Assembly: GCA_016207805.1 (NCBI GenBank)
Contig: JACQZO010000020.1
Span: forward strand, 35,634 to 99,633
Reading direction: 5' to 3'
Length of the DNA stretch: 64,000 bases
Source of the DNA: Candidatus Abawacabacteria bacterium
GTDB taxonomy: Bacteria > Patescibacteriota > Gracilibacteria > RBG-16-42-10
In this document: positions 53,468 to 62,742 of the stretch, piece by piece
Layout of the letters: each line of letters starts with the position of its first letter
Position numbering within the stretch: the stretch's first letter is position 1
The notes under the pieces: generated by a model
Databases searched by the model: none
Seen by the model: only the letters and a program-made list of their open reading frames with translations
What the model was told of the DNA's origin: nothing
Program-made: the position numbers and the translations under genes

Positions 53468-55351
53468 GTGGGTAAGAAAAGCATCAAGCGCGAACAAGAT
53501 TCACTTGCCAAGTATCCTGCGGAAGTCCGGTTATTGATCAAAAAGGGTAAAGAACAAGGCTTTGTCACTCAGCAAGAAGTCATGCACGCCATTCCTGAAT
53601 TTGAAACCAATTTGGCATTGGTGGAAGAAATCATGATGCAATTTTTGGAACATGGTATCGAAATTGTCGATAGTCAACAAGAATTTATTTGGAAAGATGC
53701 TCAAAAAGAAAATGCTGAAACAAAGGAAAAAAGCTCAGAAGATAAATTACGTGACAAATTTCTTTCTACCAATAAGAAAAATTTCGCTCTAGGCGATATT
53801 GCTGGCGACTCCATTAGAATGTATTTACGAGAAATTGGCCGTGTAGAACTTTTGACTGCCGAAGAAGAGGTGATGCTCGCAAAACGAATTACCAAGCATG
53901 ATCCTGTAGCTAAAAGACAACTTGCTGAAGCTAACCTTCGTTTGGTAGTAAGCATTGCCAAAAAGTATGTTGGTCGTGGCCTTTCTCTCTTGGATTTAAT
54001 TCAAGAAGGAAATATTGGTTTATTTCGAGCAGTAGAAAAGTTTGATTATCGTAAAGGCTTCAAATTTTCCACTTATGCTACTTGGTGGATACGGCAAGCT
54101 ATTACTCGAGCAATAGCTGATCAAGCTCGTACCATTCGTATTCCCGTACATATGGTGGAAACAATTAATAAATTTACCCACACTCAACGTCGCCTCGTCC
54201 AAGAATTGGGACGTGAACCATTGATCGAAGAAATCGCCCAAGAAATGGGCATGGATGTAAAAAAAATCCGCTATATCAAAAAGATTTCCCAAGATATTGT
54301 CTCTCTAGAAGCACCAGTAGGATCAGATGGTGATAATTCTGGTAGATTGGGCGACTTTATTGAAGATGACGTTACCTTGAGTCCTTCATCTCAAGCTTCA
54401 AGACAACTTTTGAAAGAAGATGTTCACCGTTTGTTGCAATCTCTCACTCCACGTGAGCAGAAAATTATTAGCATGCGTTTTGGTCTAGAAGATGGTATTG
54501 GCCATACTTTGGAAGAAGTAGGCCAAGAATTTGGCGTCACTCGTGAACGTATCCGTCAAATTGAAGCCAAGGCTTTGGTCAAATTACGCGAACATCCTGA
54601 AAGTGTTCGTATCAATTTAAGTAAAGCCGAACAAGCTCAAGATAATGATCTCAACTTTTTGAGTACGAGCATGAGTTTTACCTACTTTCCTGATTTAGTA
54701 TTTTTAGGACCACCAGGTAGTGGCAAAACATCTCAGGCCCACAAGCTAGCAGAGCGTTATGATATGACCATTTTTGACTTACAACATGAGCTGCAAAAAA
54801 CAATGAAATTGGACAATAATGTGGGCAGACGTGTGAAACATTTACTCACTGCTGGACAAATTGTCCCTAGTGAAATTTTACAACAAATATTAGAACAATT
54901 TCTTATTACGGTACCAGCAGACAAACCCATTATTTTTGATAGTTTCCCTCGTAATTTAGCTCAAGCAGACTTCTTCAATCGCATGATGAGCCAAAACAAA
55001 AGGAATTTTGTCGTCGTCCTCTTCAATACCAGTGACGACCATGCTCTTACCCGCATCACCAAAAAGAAAGTGTGTGGCTACTGTCAGACTGTTTATTCAG
55101 CAGATTCCACACTAGAAACATGTGAAAAGTGTCAGCATGAATTGAAATTAGTCAAAGAAGAAAACATGGTAGGCATGAAGCTGAGATTGAGCTCCTACTA
55201 CCAAGAAACAGCGCCAATAGTCCCCCTATACGAAAAAATCGGCAAAGTAATCAGTATCAATGCCGATGAAAACGAATTTGAAGTAAATTTAGCTCTCACG
55301 GATAGATTAGAGACTTTTGGCCTGGAGAAGAAAAGAAAGGGAGGGAAATAA
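53468..55351 (+). CDS. rpoD: RNA polymerase sigma-70 (RpoD) fused in frame to an adenylate kinase domain
   Basis: 627 aa, GTG start. Sigma regions [81 protein letters not shown]. From about aa 402 (ATG at 54671): P-loop [25 protein letters not shown], lid [27 protein letters not shown]. Confidence 0.85.
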   Translation: MGKKSIKREQDSLAKYPAEVRLLIKKGKEQGFVTQQEVMHAIPEFETNLALVEEIMMQFLEHGIEIVDSQQEFIWKDAQKENAETKEKSSEDKLRDKFLSTNKKNFALGDIAGDSIRMYLREIGRVELLTAEEEVMLAKRITKHDPVAKRQLAEANLRLVVSIAKKYVGRGLSLLDLIQEGNIGLFRAVEKFDYRKGFKFSTYATWWIRQAITRAIADQARTIRIPVHMVETINKFTHTQRRLVQELGREPLIEEIAQEMGMDVKKIRYIKKISQDIVSLEAPVGSDGDNSGRLGDFIEDDVTLSPSSQASRQLLKEDVHRLLQSLTPREQKIISMRFGLEDGIGHTLEEVGQEFGVTRERIRQIEAKALVKLREHPESVRINLSKAEQAQDNDLNFLSTSMSFTYFPDLVFLGPPGSGKTSQAHKLAERYDMTIFDLQHELQKTMKLDNNVGRRVKHLLTAGQIVPSEILQQILEQFLITVPADKPIIFDSFPRNLAQADFFNRMMSQNKRNFVVVLFNTSDDHALTRITKKKVCGYCQTVYSADSTLETCEKCQHELKLVKEENMVGMKLRLSSYYQETAPIVPLYEKIGKVISINADENEFEVNLALTDRLETFGLEKKRKGGK

Positions 55352-55355
55352 CTCC

Positions 55356-55387
55356 GAATTCTGAATGCGGAATGCTGAGTTCTGAAT
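55356..55387. repeat. inverted-repeat arm (CTGAATK heptamers), 3' of rpoD-adk stop
   Basis: gaattctgaatgcggaatgctgagttctgaat. The reverse complement of 55471-55502 is gaattctgaatgcagaaagctgaattcagaat (about 27 of 32 identical). Confidence 0.8.
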
Positions 55388-55470
55388 TGAATGAGGAGGC
55401 TGCGTCCCTTTCTGCTTTTCAAAAAAATCATACATTATCGTCTATTCAACAACTTTCGTTCCCACTGTCC

Positions 55471-55502
55471 ATTCTGAATTCAGCTTTCTGCATTCAGAAT
55501 TC
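55471..55502. repeat. inverted-repeat arm (CTGAATK heptamers) overlapping the PGM/PMM stop
   Basis: attctgaattcagctttctgcattcagaattc. Partner of 55356-55387, about 83 nt away. Confidence 0.8.
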
Positions 55503-56913
55503 ATTTCAAAGCTTCCACATTCACTCCCTCACTCCAATCAATATTGGCAAATTGGTGTAATATTGCACTAATTTGTTCTTTGAGTAGATTATATTTTTGT
55601 AGCGTTTTTGCTTCAAATTTAATTGTTAAATAGGGACCATTTTGAGAAGCACGCATAATTACCATTTCATCTTTGGTGTCTAGTCTCACACCATCAATAG
55701 TGACATATTCTGCTTCAGGATAAAGTCTTCTTAATTCAGCTTGAATTTCATTATCTATCAAATGAAACTTCTCATTATCGGGACAGCCTAGTTTAATTTC
55801 TGGACTAGAAATATAGCTGGGGAAAGTAGCAAGCACTTGCCCCAATGTCTTTTTCTTACGAGTTAAATAAGCCAATAAACGCAATGATGCGATAGCACCA
55901 TCATCATGACCGTAAAAATTATCAACGAAGTAAAAATGGCCACTCAATTCGCCCCCAAATGCCGCTCCCTCTTCTCGCACTTTCGCTTTAATAAAAGAAT
56001 GTCCCGTCTTCCACATTACCGGCACTCCGCCACTACGCTTAATGACTTCAGTAACTTGCTTAGAACACAAAGTATTAAATACGATTTTAGCACCAGGTAA
56101 ATTATCCAAAATGTCACCAGCAAATAATGACACCAATGTATCATTCCACAATAGCTTCCCCTGTTCATCTACTGCCCCCATTCGATCACCATCAGCATCA
56201 TAAGAGAAACCTACATCAGCTTGTTCGAGTTTGACCCGATCAGCCAAACGCCTTTGGACAATTGACTCAGTAGGATCAGGAGTACCAACAGGGAAATTGC
56301 CATCTGGAACAGTATTTTGTTCAATCACAGTACAACCAAATTCACGTAAAATCTGGGGCAAAAATGCACCAGCAGTAGCTGCACAAGCATCAATTACCAC
56401 CTTGAATGATTTAATGGGACCAATATAGCGTTTCAAATCAGCTATATAAGCCGGGAAAATAGTACTACGAATATGCTTGCCGGCGACCGGTAAAGCGACA
56501 AATTCTCCCTCATTCACCATGTGCTTAAACAATTGAATATCTTCAGTCAACATCGTCTCAGAGTAGCCAGTACCAAATTTAAAACCATTATATTCTTTAG
56601 GATTATGTGAAGCTGTAATCATAATCATTCCCCGAGTACGAAAATAATACTGAGCGAAATAAGCAACCTGAGTCAATGTCATGCCGATGTCATAGACGGT
56701 AATACCTGCTGAAAGCAACGTTTCAACAACAATATCCCGAAAATGAGGACTACTTAACCGACAATCAAAACCAACAACACAATCAGGAATACGGCGTTTA
56801 ATTAACCACGTAGCATATGCCTTGGCTATGGTTGCAACCACTTCATCACTTAGTTCTTTCTCCACCAAGCCGCGAATATCATAACCTCGAAAAATGTGTT
56901 GAGAAACAGACAT
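55501..56913 (-). CDS. phosphoglucomutase/phosphomannomutase family protein
   Basis: 470 aa. Active-site loop ITASHNPKEYNGFK, metal loop SYDADGDRMG, sugar-binding GELSGHF. Confidence 0.9.
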   Translation of the reverse strand: MSVSQHIFRGYDIRGLVEKELSDEVVATIAKAYATWLIKRRIPDCVVGFDCRLSSPHFRDIVVETLLSAGITVYDIGMTLTQVAYFAQYYFRTRGMIMITASHNPKEYNGFKFGTGYSETMLTEDIQLFKHMVNEGEFVALPVAGKHIRSTIFPAYIADLKRYIGPIKSFKVVIDACAATAGAFLPQILREFGCTVIEQNTVPDGNFPVGTPDPTESIVQRRLADRVKLEQADVGFSYDADGDRMGAVDEQGKLLWNDTLVSLFAGDILDNLPGAKIVFNTLCSKQVTEVIKRSGGVPVMWKTGHSFIKAKVREEGAAFGGELSGHFYFVDNFYGHDDGAIASLRLLAYLTRKKKTLGQVLATFPSYISSPEIKLGCPDNEKFHLIDNEIQAELRRLYPEAEYVTIDGVRLDTKDEMVIMRASQNGPYLTIKFEAKTLQKYNLLKEQISAILHQFANIDWSEGVNVEALK

Positions 56914-56947
56914 AGAAATTACAAATTACGAATTACAAATTCCAAAT
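56914..56947 (-). repeat. heptamer tract, GTAATTY class, directly 5' of the minus-strand PGM/PMM start
   Basis: The minus strand reads catttgg aatttgt aattcgt aatttgt aatttct ATG. Same sequence and orientation relative to the gene as the plus-strand leader tracts. Confidence 0.85.
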
Positions 56948-56989
56948 GGTCGGAACAAATAAGGAAGGAAATTATAGAAACATATTTCC

Positions 56990-57024
56990 CTAAAAAACGG
57001 AAGGATGAACTGGTTCATCCTTCC
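56990..57024 (-). terminator. intrinsic terminator after the TPR/holB-like genes
   Basis: The minus strand reads GGAAGGATGAAC CA GTTCATCCTTCC G TTTTTT: a 12 bp perfect palindromic stem (56999-57024) followed by a U run. Confidence 0.7.
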
Positions 57025-57040
57025 ATTTTCCCTGAGCCCT

Positions 57041-57071
57041 ATTTGTAATTTGGCATTTGTAATTCGTAATT
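57041..57071. repeat. GTAATTY heptamer tract, inverted partner of 56914-56947
   Basis: atttgta atttggc atttgta attcgta att abuts the stop of the TPR ORF. Together with 56914-56947 it brackets about 90 nt that contain the terminator. Confidence 0.8.
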
Positions 57072-57662
57072 TCACCGACTACGGTGAATATCCTGATAAA
57101 TTTCTCTCGCTTTATCATGTTGTTTCAGCTTGCGATATGTTTTGGCCAAAAGTTCTAAATAGTCTCTACGTCCCGGATCTAATTGCAAAAGCTGCTGCAC
57201 AGTTCTGACCGCATCTTCATAATGACCTGCTACTAACTGGATAGAAACAGCTTGTTCCAACCACACCGCTTCTCGAGGGAAATGAAGGATTAATTTATTA
57301 ATCACTACCAAAGCACGCATATAGTCCCTTAGGGCGGTATAGGCTTCAGCTAGCAATACATGAATACGAATATAATGATCTGCAGGAATTTCACGTTTCA
57401 AAGCTTCTTCCAAATATTTTACTACCTTACGATAATCTTTCTTAGCATTAGCTTTTTCTGCTAATTCCGAAAGCTCACCAAAACCCATTTGATGGAGATT
57501 GCTTTGAAACATCCTTTCCAATGAAATCGTCTGTTCCAAAATTTGATCAATAGGTGCAAATGTTTCTTCAGCAGCCAAACGTGTTCCCGTGGAATAAAGG
57601 AATAGTCTGCGGCCAATAATAGCTAATGCTAAAAGCCATGAGATAAATGCTATATAAACCAT
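57072..57662 (-). CDS. TPR-repeat protein with N-terminal membrane anchor
   Basis: 196 aa. Hydrophobic N terminus IAFISWLLALAIIG, then TPR-like helical repeats (YRKVVKYLEEAL, LLAEAYTALRDYMRAL, GHYEDAVRTVQQLLQLDP). Confidence 0.65.
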   Translation of the reverse strand: MVYIAFISWLLALAIIGRRLFLYSTGTRLAAEETFAPIDQILEQTISLERMFQSNLHQMGFGELSELAEKANAKKDYRKVVKYLEEALKREIPADHYIRIHVLLAEAYTALRDYMRALVVINKLILHFPREAVWLEQAVSIQLVAGHYEDAVRTVQQLLQLDPGRRDYLELLAKTYRKLKQHDKAREIYQDIHRSR

Positions 57663-57665
57663 AAT

Positions 57666-58322
57666 CTAAGTAAGAAAAAAGTATTCTAATGCATTACGCA
57701 AAGTAGTAGTATGACGGGTATATGATAATGTAGAAAACCATTTTTGTAGAGTGCTGGAGTCAGCACCTTTACGCCAAAGATAATGAGACAGATTGTAAAG
57801 CAAAGTATCGCTATCATATGACTTAAGTAATTTCTCCAGCATTTGTTGTTTTTCAAAAAGCAGTTTTTGAGGATCAAATAATACATCTGCCTTTGCGATA
57901 AAATCCTGATCGATCAGAGTTTCCTTATCTGGAATACGAAGCAAACGTAGACGTGACAGTATCGGCCGCGACAAGGTTCGGGGCTTGGTGGTAGTAAGTA
58001 AAAAGAGTACCTGTTTAGGAGCTTCTTCCAAAAGCTTCAACAACATTTGTTGAGCAGGAATAGTCATCTTATCTACTTGCTCGATAATACCCAAAGAAAT
58101 AGTAGTCACGCTTTGCAAACTAAATGACTGGCGAAAGCGACGTGCAGCTTCTACATCTATTTTGCCCTCTTCAGGGACAAGAGATTGGGCAAAAGCTCGC
58201 ATTTCAGCGGCACCATTTTGCAAGAAATGGGTCAATTCTAAATGTAAAGTATCATTTTGACTGGCTACCAATAAATAGGCATGCGAGCGCTGAGGATCTT
58301 GTAAAATACTAGTAAGTGACAT
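57666..58322 (-). CDS. holB: DNA polymerase III delta-prime-like (HolB-like), short form
   Basis: 218 aa. HAYLLV, QQMLLKLLEEAPKQVLFLLTT, PILSRLRLLRI correspond to the clamp-loader delta-prime sensor motifs. No Walker A is present. Confidence 0.6.
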   Translation of the reverse strand: MSLTSILQDPQRSHAYLLVASQNDTLHLELTHFLQNGAAEMRAFAQSLVPEEGKIDVEAARRFRQSFSLQSVTTISLGIIEQVDKMTIPAQQMLLKLLEEAPKQVLFLLTTTKPRTLSRPILSRLRLLRIPDKETLIDQDFIAKADVLFDPQKLLFEKQQMLEKLLKSYDSDTLLYNLSHYLWRKGADSSTLQKWFSTLSYTRHTTTLRNALEYFFLT

Positions 58323-58375
58323 GCTTGCTTATCATCTGGCAAGAAGATACCATAACGCTGCTTTAGGTCCTAGCT

Positions 58376-60868
58376 ATGAAAAAGCTCACCCCAATGCTCC
58401 AACAGTACTTTGCAATCAAAGCACAGTACCCAGACTGTGTATTATTGTTTCGTCTTGGAGATTTTTATGAAATGTTTGGCACCGATGCCGAGCTGGCTAG
58501 TCAAATTCTCCATATTGCTTTAACAGCCCGGAACAAAGGGACTGAAAATGAGATTGCCATGTGTGGTTTTCCCCACTTTAGTGCCGATCAGTATACCAAG
58601 AAGCTAATTCGTGCTGGGCACAAAGTAGCTATTTGTGATCAAATCAGTGATCCCAATTTACCTGGTATCGTCGAGCGTGATGTTACTAGAGTCATTACTC
58701 CTGGCACCTTGCTTAGCGATGATGAAGATGAGACGAAATTGAGATTATTGGCTGCAGTATCTTACCAAGGACAGAATTGGGAAGTGCTTTTTTGTAATGT
58801 TAGCACCGGTGAATTAATGCCCGGCTTTGGTACCACCTTGCCCGATATTCTAGAACAATTACATATTCGGCAACCGACAGAAATTTTGTTAGCTAAAGAG
58901 CATGAAGAAAAAGTTCAATCATTACTAAGACAAAGTAATATTATAGCTACCGTCACAGGTCTCAGCGGGGTATATGAAGCTGAAGGCATGATTCGCCACT
59001 ACATTGAGAGAACCCAAAAAAGTGCCACTAATTATCTTCATCAAGAATTGCATAGGGAAGCTAAGACTATAGCCATTGATGAAATGACTTTGCGCAATCT
59101 AGAAATTGTCCGCAACAATCATGATGGCAAAATCTATGGCTCTCTACTCGACACCATCAATGCCACCATCACCGCCGCTGGTTTTCGCCTACTTCATACT
59201 ATGCTCTTACATCCCTTAGCTGATGCTAACGCAATTATGTATCGTCAAGATATAGTCGCCGGTTTCACTGAGGAAAGTATTGTTCGAAAATCAATTCAAA
59301 ACTTATTAAAACAGGTACATGATATCGAAAAAATCATTGCCAAAATCGTGCTTCGTAGTGGATCGCCACGTGATCTTGGCAACCTGAGTCAGACACTCAA
59401 TTTATTACCCAATCTTTACCAGGCACTCCAAAAAAGCCTCAAGCCACTGATTAGAGAATTGGCAGAAACAATTAATTATCAGGGTCCCTTAACTGAATTG
59501 TTGAATAAAGCCTTGGTATCAGACACTCTGCCATTAACTCCTCAAGAAGGACACTGGTTACAAAGTGGTTTTGACTCAGAACTAGATGAAATCCGACGCC
59601 GTGTTTCTCATACTCAAGAGTGGCTGAGAGAATATGAAGAAATGGAAAAACAAAAAACAGGTATTGAGCAATTAAAAGTACGATTCAATACTATTAGTGG
59701 CTTTTATATTGAAATATCTAAAACCAGCCTAAAAAACATTGCTTTAGAAAAGATTGCCCATCTCACCCGCAAACAAACATTAGTCAATGTTGAGCGCTAT
59801 TCTTCAGTAGAATTACACAATTTTGAGAGTGAATATTTAGCCGCTGAAGAAAAAATGAAAGCGAGACAAAATGTTCTTTTTAGCCACTTATGTCAGCAAG
59901 TATTGGCTGAGAAAGATAATTTGCAAAAATTAGCCAAAAACATTGCTCTCATCGATGTTTTTTCCAGCCTAGCACAAATAGCGGAAGAATATCATTACAC
60001 CAGACCAGAAATCAGTATCGATAATAGCCTAGTGATTGAAGAGGGAAAGCACCCCATGATTGCCAGGAAGCTGGGTAGTTCTTTTGTAGCCAATGATACC
60101 ATCCTAAATCATGACCAGCAGCAATTAATTTTGATCACTGGTCCCAATATGGGAGGTAAAAGCACCTATCTCAGACAAGTGGCTTTAATTGAAATATTAT
60201 TTTTGATTGGCAGCTTCGTGCCCGCCCAAAAAGCACGACTGCCATTAGTAGATCATATTTTCACTCGCATCGGCGCTCAAGATCATCTCCTCCGAGGCAT
60301 GTCTACCTTTATGGTAGAAATGTCTGAAACTGCTAATATTTTACGTTCAGCAACAGAAAAAAGTCTCATTATTTTAGATGAAATCGGTCGAGGCACTTCC
60401 ACCTATGATGGTCTGAGCATTGCCTGGGCAATCTGTGATTATTTAGTACACAGCGTTAAAGCAAAAACTCTTTTTGCTAGCCATTACCATGAACTAATCC
60501 AAGTAATTGAGGATTTACCACATGCCAGTAATGCCAGCGTTGCTATCGCCGAACAAGCCGATCAAATTACTTTTCTTTACAAAGTAGTTCCTGGTGGCAT
60601 CGGCAAAAGTTACGGCTTAGAAGTAGCCAAAAGAGCAGGACTCCCCCCCAGTGTAGTGCAATACGCACGTCACATTTTACAAGAACTAGAATCTGGAATA
60701 CCAGTACCAACCCAAGCTAAAGAAGATGCCACTTTATTTTCTGTACCCATTGCTCCCGTGCAATCTAAGCTCGAACAAACCTTAGAGCAACTAGACATCA
60801 ATACCCTAAGCCCCATCGACGCCCTACTACTACTCAAAACATGGAAAGAAAAATTAAAACAGATCTAA
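58376..60868 (+). CDS. mutS: DNA mismatch repair protein MutS
   Basis: 830 aa. TPMLQQYFAIKAQYPDCVLLFRLGDFYEMF, Walker A TGPNMGGKST, DEIGRGTSTYDG. Confidence 0.95.
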   Translation: MKKLTPMLQQYFAIKAQYPDCVLLFRLGDFYEMFGTDAELASQILHIALTARNKGTENEIAMCGFPHFSADQYTKKLIRAGHKVAICDQISDPNLPGIVERDVTRVITPGTLLSDDEDETKLRLLAAVSYQGQNWEVLFCNVSTGELMPGFGTTLPDILEQLHIRQPTEILLAKEHEEKVQSLLRQSNIIATVTGLSGVYEAEGMIRHYIERTQKSATNYLHQELHREAKTIAIDEMTLRNLEIVRNNHDGKIYGSLLDTINATITAAGFRLLHTMLLHPLADANAIMYRQDIVAGFTEESIVRKSIQNLLKQVHDIEKIIAKIVLRSGSPRDLGNLSQTLNLLPNLYQALQKSLKPLIRELAETINYQGPLTELLNKALVSDTLPLTPQEGHWLQSGFDSELDEIRRRVSHTQEWLREYEEMEKQKTGIEQLKVRFNTISGFYIEISKTSLKNIALEKIAHLTRKQTLVNVERYSSVELHNFESEYLAAEEKMKARQNVLFSHLCQQVLAEKDNLQKLAKNIALIDVFSSLAQIAEEYHYTRPEISIDNSLVIEEGKHPMIARKLGSSFVANDTILNHDQQQLILITGPNMGGKSTYLRQVALIEILFLIGSFVPAQKARLPLVDHIFTRIGAQDHLLRGMSTFMVEMSETANILRSATEKSLIILDEIGRGTSTYDGLSIAWAICDYLVHSVKAKTLFASHYHELIQVIEDLPHASNASVAIAEQADQITFLYKVVPGGIGKSYGLEVAKRAGLPPSVVQYARHILQELESGIPVPTQAKEDATLFSVPIAPVQSKLEQTLEQLDINTLSPIDALLLLKTWKEKLKQI

Positions 60869-60877
60869 CTATTCCTT

Positions 60878-60922
60878 CCCTTACTTCTGCCCTCTGCCTC
60901 CTGCCTTCTAACTTCACCTCAA
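60878..60922 (+). repeat. heptamer tract (pyrimidine strand of the CAGAAGN class), directly 5' of mutL start
   Basis: ccttact tctgccc tctgcct cctgcct tctaact tcacctc aa, then ATG. Confidence 0.75.
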
Positions 60923-62659
60923 ATGATCCGCATTCTCCCCGAACATGTCATCAATCAAATTGCTGCTGGAGAAGTAGTAGAGCGCCCAGCTTCTATTGTA
61001 AAAGAATTGATAGAAAACAGTTTAGACGCCAAGGCTGATCACATCGTGATCAATTTACGCAATGGTGGCAAAGGATTAATTCGGATTAGTGACAATGGTA
61101 CTGGTATCGCCCCAGAAGAATTAGACCAAGCTGTGCTTCGTCATGCTACTAGCAAAATCGCCAAGATTGAAGATTTAGATCATGTGCTCACTTTAGGCTT
61201 TCGCGGTGAAGCATTGGCCAGTATCGCTTCAGTAAGCCAGATGTATCTTGAAAGTAAAACATCAACGAGTAATAGCGCAAGTACTATTACCATGGACCAT
61301 GGCCGTATCGAGAATAAAAATACCGCAGCGCGCGAACAAGGAACCACGGTCAATATTGAAAATTTATTTGCTAAGATTCCTGCTCGCCGCAAGTTTCTCA
61401 AAAGTGATCGCCAAGAATTGGCAGTGATTGTGCGTCTAATCCAAGAAATCGCCTTAGCCAATCCCGCTGTTCATTTCGAACTCAATCATAATGGTCAAGA
61501 ATTACTAAACACACCGCCAAGAAAAAGCTTATTAGAAAAGTTTTATGACATTTTTCCCAGTCCCGATTTGCCAGGGAAAATGATGGCCATTGAACAAGAA
61601 GAAAATGGCCTAAAACTGCAAGCAATTATTTCTCAGCCAATCATAAAACGCGCCAGCAAAGGACAACAAATGGTAGCAGTCAATCAGCGCACCATTCGTG
61701 ACTATCGTATTAATAAAACCATTGAAGACGCCTATCATACTTTTCTGCTCAGTTCAGAACATCCAATATTCTTCCTTCACCTATCAGTAAACCCTCAAGA
61801 AATAGACGTCAATGTCCACCCCCGAAAAAATGAGGTGCGCTTTGAACATTTGGACCACATACTAAGCTTCATTTATCGCTCAGTGAAAGGAACCCTAGAA
61901 AAGCAGATTCTGTCAGTTAACCCAAGTTTTAATTCGAAATTCGAAATTCCAAATGCACAGTTGAGCCCCACTTCGAACTTCGAATTTCGCACTTCGCACT
62001 CCCCATCAAATTCCGTAGCCTCTCCCTCAAATACATATCAAGCAGCCCAATTCAATCAATTATTTACAGAGGAAACGCCTCCTCGGCCTATCAAGGTTGT
62101 AAGCCAAATCAAGAATTCTTATATTTTGTGTACTGCAGAACAAAGTCTCATTTTGTTTGATCAACATGCAGCCCATGAACGCTTTATTTATGAAGAATTA
62201 AAAAAAACTAGAGCACAAAAGAGTACTCAGCAATTGATGAACCCACTAGAATTGACAGCCACCGCTGAGCAAAGCATTTTATTAGCTGAGCAACAACAAA
62301 ACTTTGCCAATTTTGGTATTCAGTTAGAACAAAGCGGCCCTAATAATTGGCTAATCACAGACGTTCCTAATATGCCCCGTTCATATAAAATTGATTGGTC
62401 ACAAGTTGTACTCAATAGCTTAGATCAAGTACATGCTGAATCTCTAACTCATAGCCTGCAAGATCACGAAGATGACATTTTGCACACTATGGCCTGCAAA
62501 GCAGCAGTAAAGTTTAATGATCATTTAAGTCTCAGTGAATTACAGCGCCTCATAGATGATGTCGCCTATTTACCAGGCATCTATACCTGTCCCCATGGGA
62601 GGCCGTTTAGATTAGAGCTGACTTTTAATGAGTTAGATAGATATTTCAAGAGACACTGA
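60923..62659 (+). CDS. mutL: DNA mismatch repair protein MutL
   Basis: 578 aa. IRILPEHVINQIAAGEVVERPASIVKELIENSLDA, GFRGEALASI, C-terminal CPHGRP. Confidence 0.95.
   Translation: MIRILPEHVINQIAAGEVVERPASIVKELIENSLDAKADHIVINLRNGGKGLIRISDNGTGIAPEELDQAVLRHATSKIAKIEDLDHVLTLGFRGEALASIASVSQMYLESKTSTSNSASTITMDHGRIENKNTAAREQGTTVNIENLFAKIPARRKFLKSDRQELAVIVRLIQEIALANPAVHFELNHNGQELLNTPPRKSLLEKFYDIFPSPDLPGKMMAIEQEENGLKLQAIISQPIIKRASKGQQMVAVNQRTIRDYRINKTIEDAYHTFLLSSEHPIFFLHLSVNPQEIDVNVHPRKNEVRFEHLDHILSFIYRSVKGTLEKQILSVNPSFNSKFEIPNAQLSPTSNFEFRTSHSPSNSVASPSNTYQAAQFNQLFTEETPPRPIKVVSQIKNSYILCTAEQSLILFDQHAAHERFIYEELKKTRAQKSTQQLMNPLELTATAEQSILLAEQQQNFANFGIQLEQSGPNNWLITDVPNMPRSYKIDWSQVVLNSLDQVHAESLTHSLQDHEDDILHTMACKAAVKFNDHLSLSELQRLIDDVAYLPGIYTCPHGRPFRLELTFNELDRYFKRH
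61931..62003 (+). repeat. heptamer-periodic inverted repeat inside the mutL linker coding region
   Basis: aattcga aattcga aattcca aatgcac ... cacttcg aacttcg aatttcg cacttcg cactccc. cgaaattcgaa (61935-61945) is complementary to ttcgaatttcg (61979-61989). Translated in frame as NSKFEIPNAQLSPTSNFEFRTSHS. Confidence 0.75.
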
Positions 62660-62742
62660 TTGAAGTCAGAGGTCAGAAGGCAGAAGTAAGTAAGAAGTTA
62701 GTAATTATTACTTCTGAATTCTGCCTTCTGCCATCTGCCTTT
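62660..62742. repeat. heptamer inverted repeat (CAGAAGN class), terminator-like, 3' of mutL
   Basis: tgaagtc agaggtc agaaggc agaagta agtaaga faces acttctg aattctg ccttctg ccatctg cc. cagaaggcagaa (62674-62685) is perfectly complementary to ttctgccttctg (62719-62730). A ttttt run follows. Confidence 0.75.
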
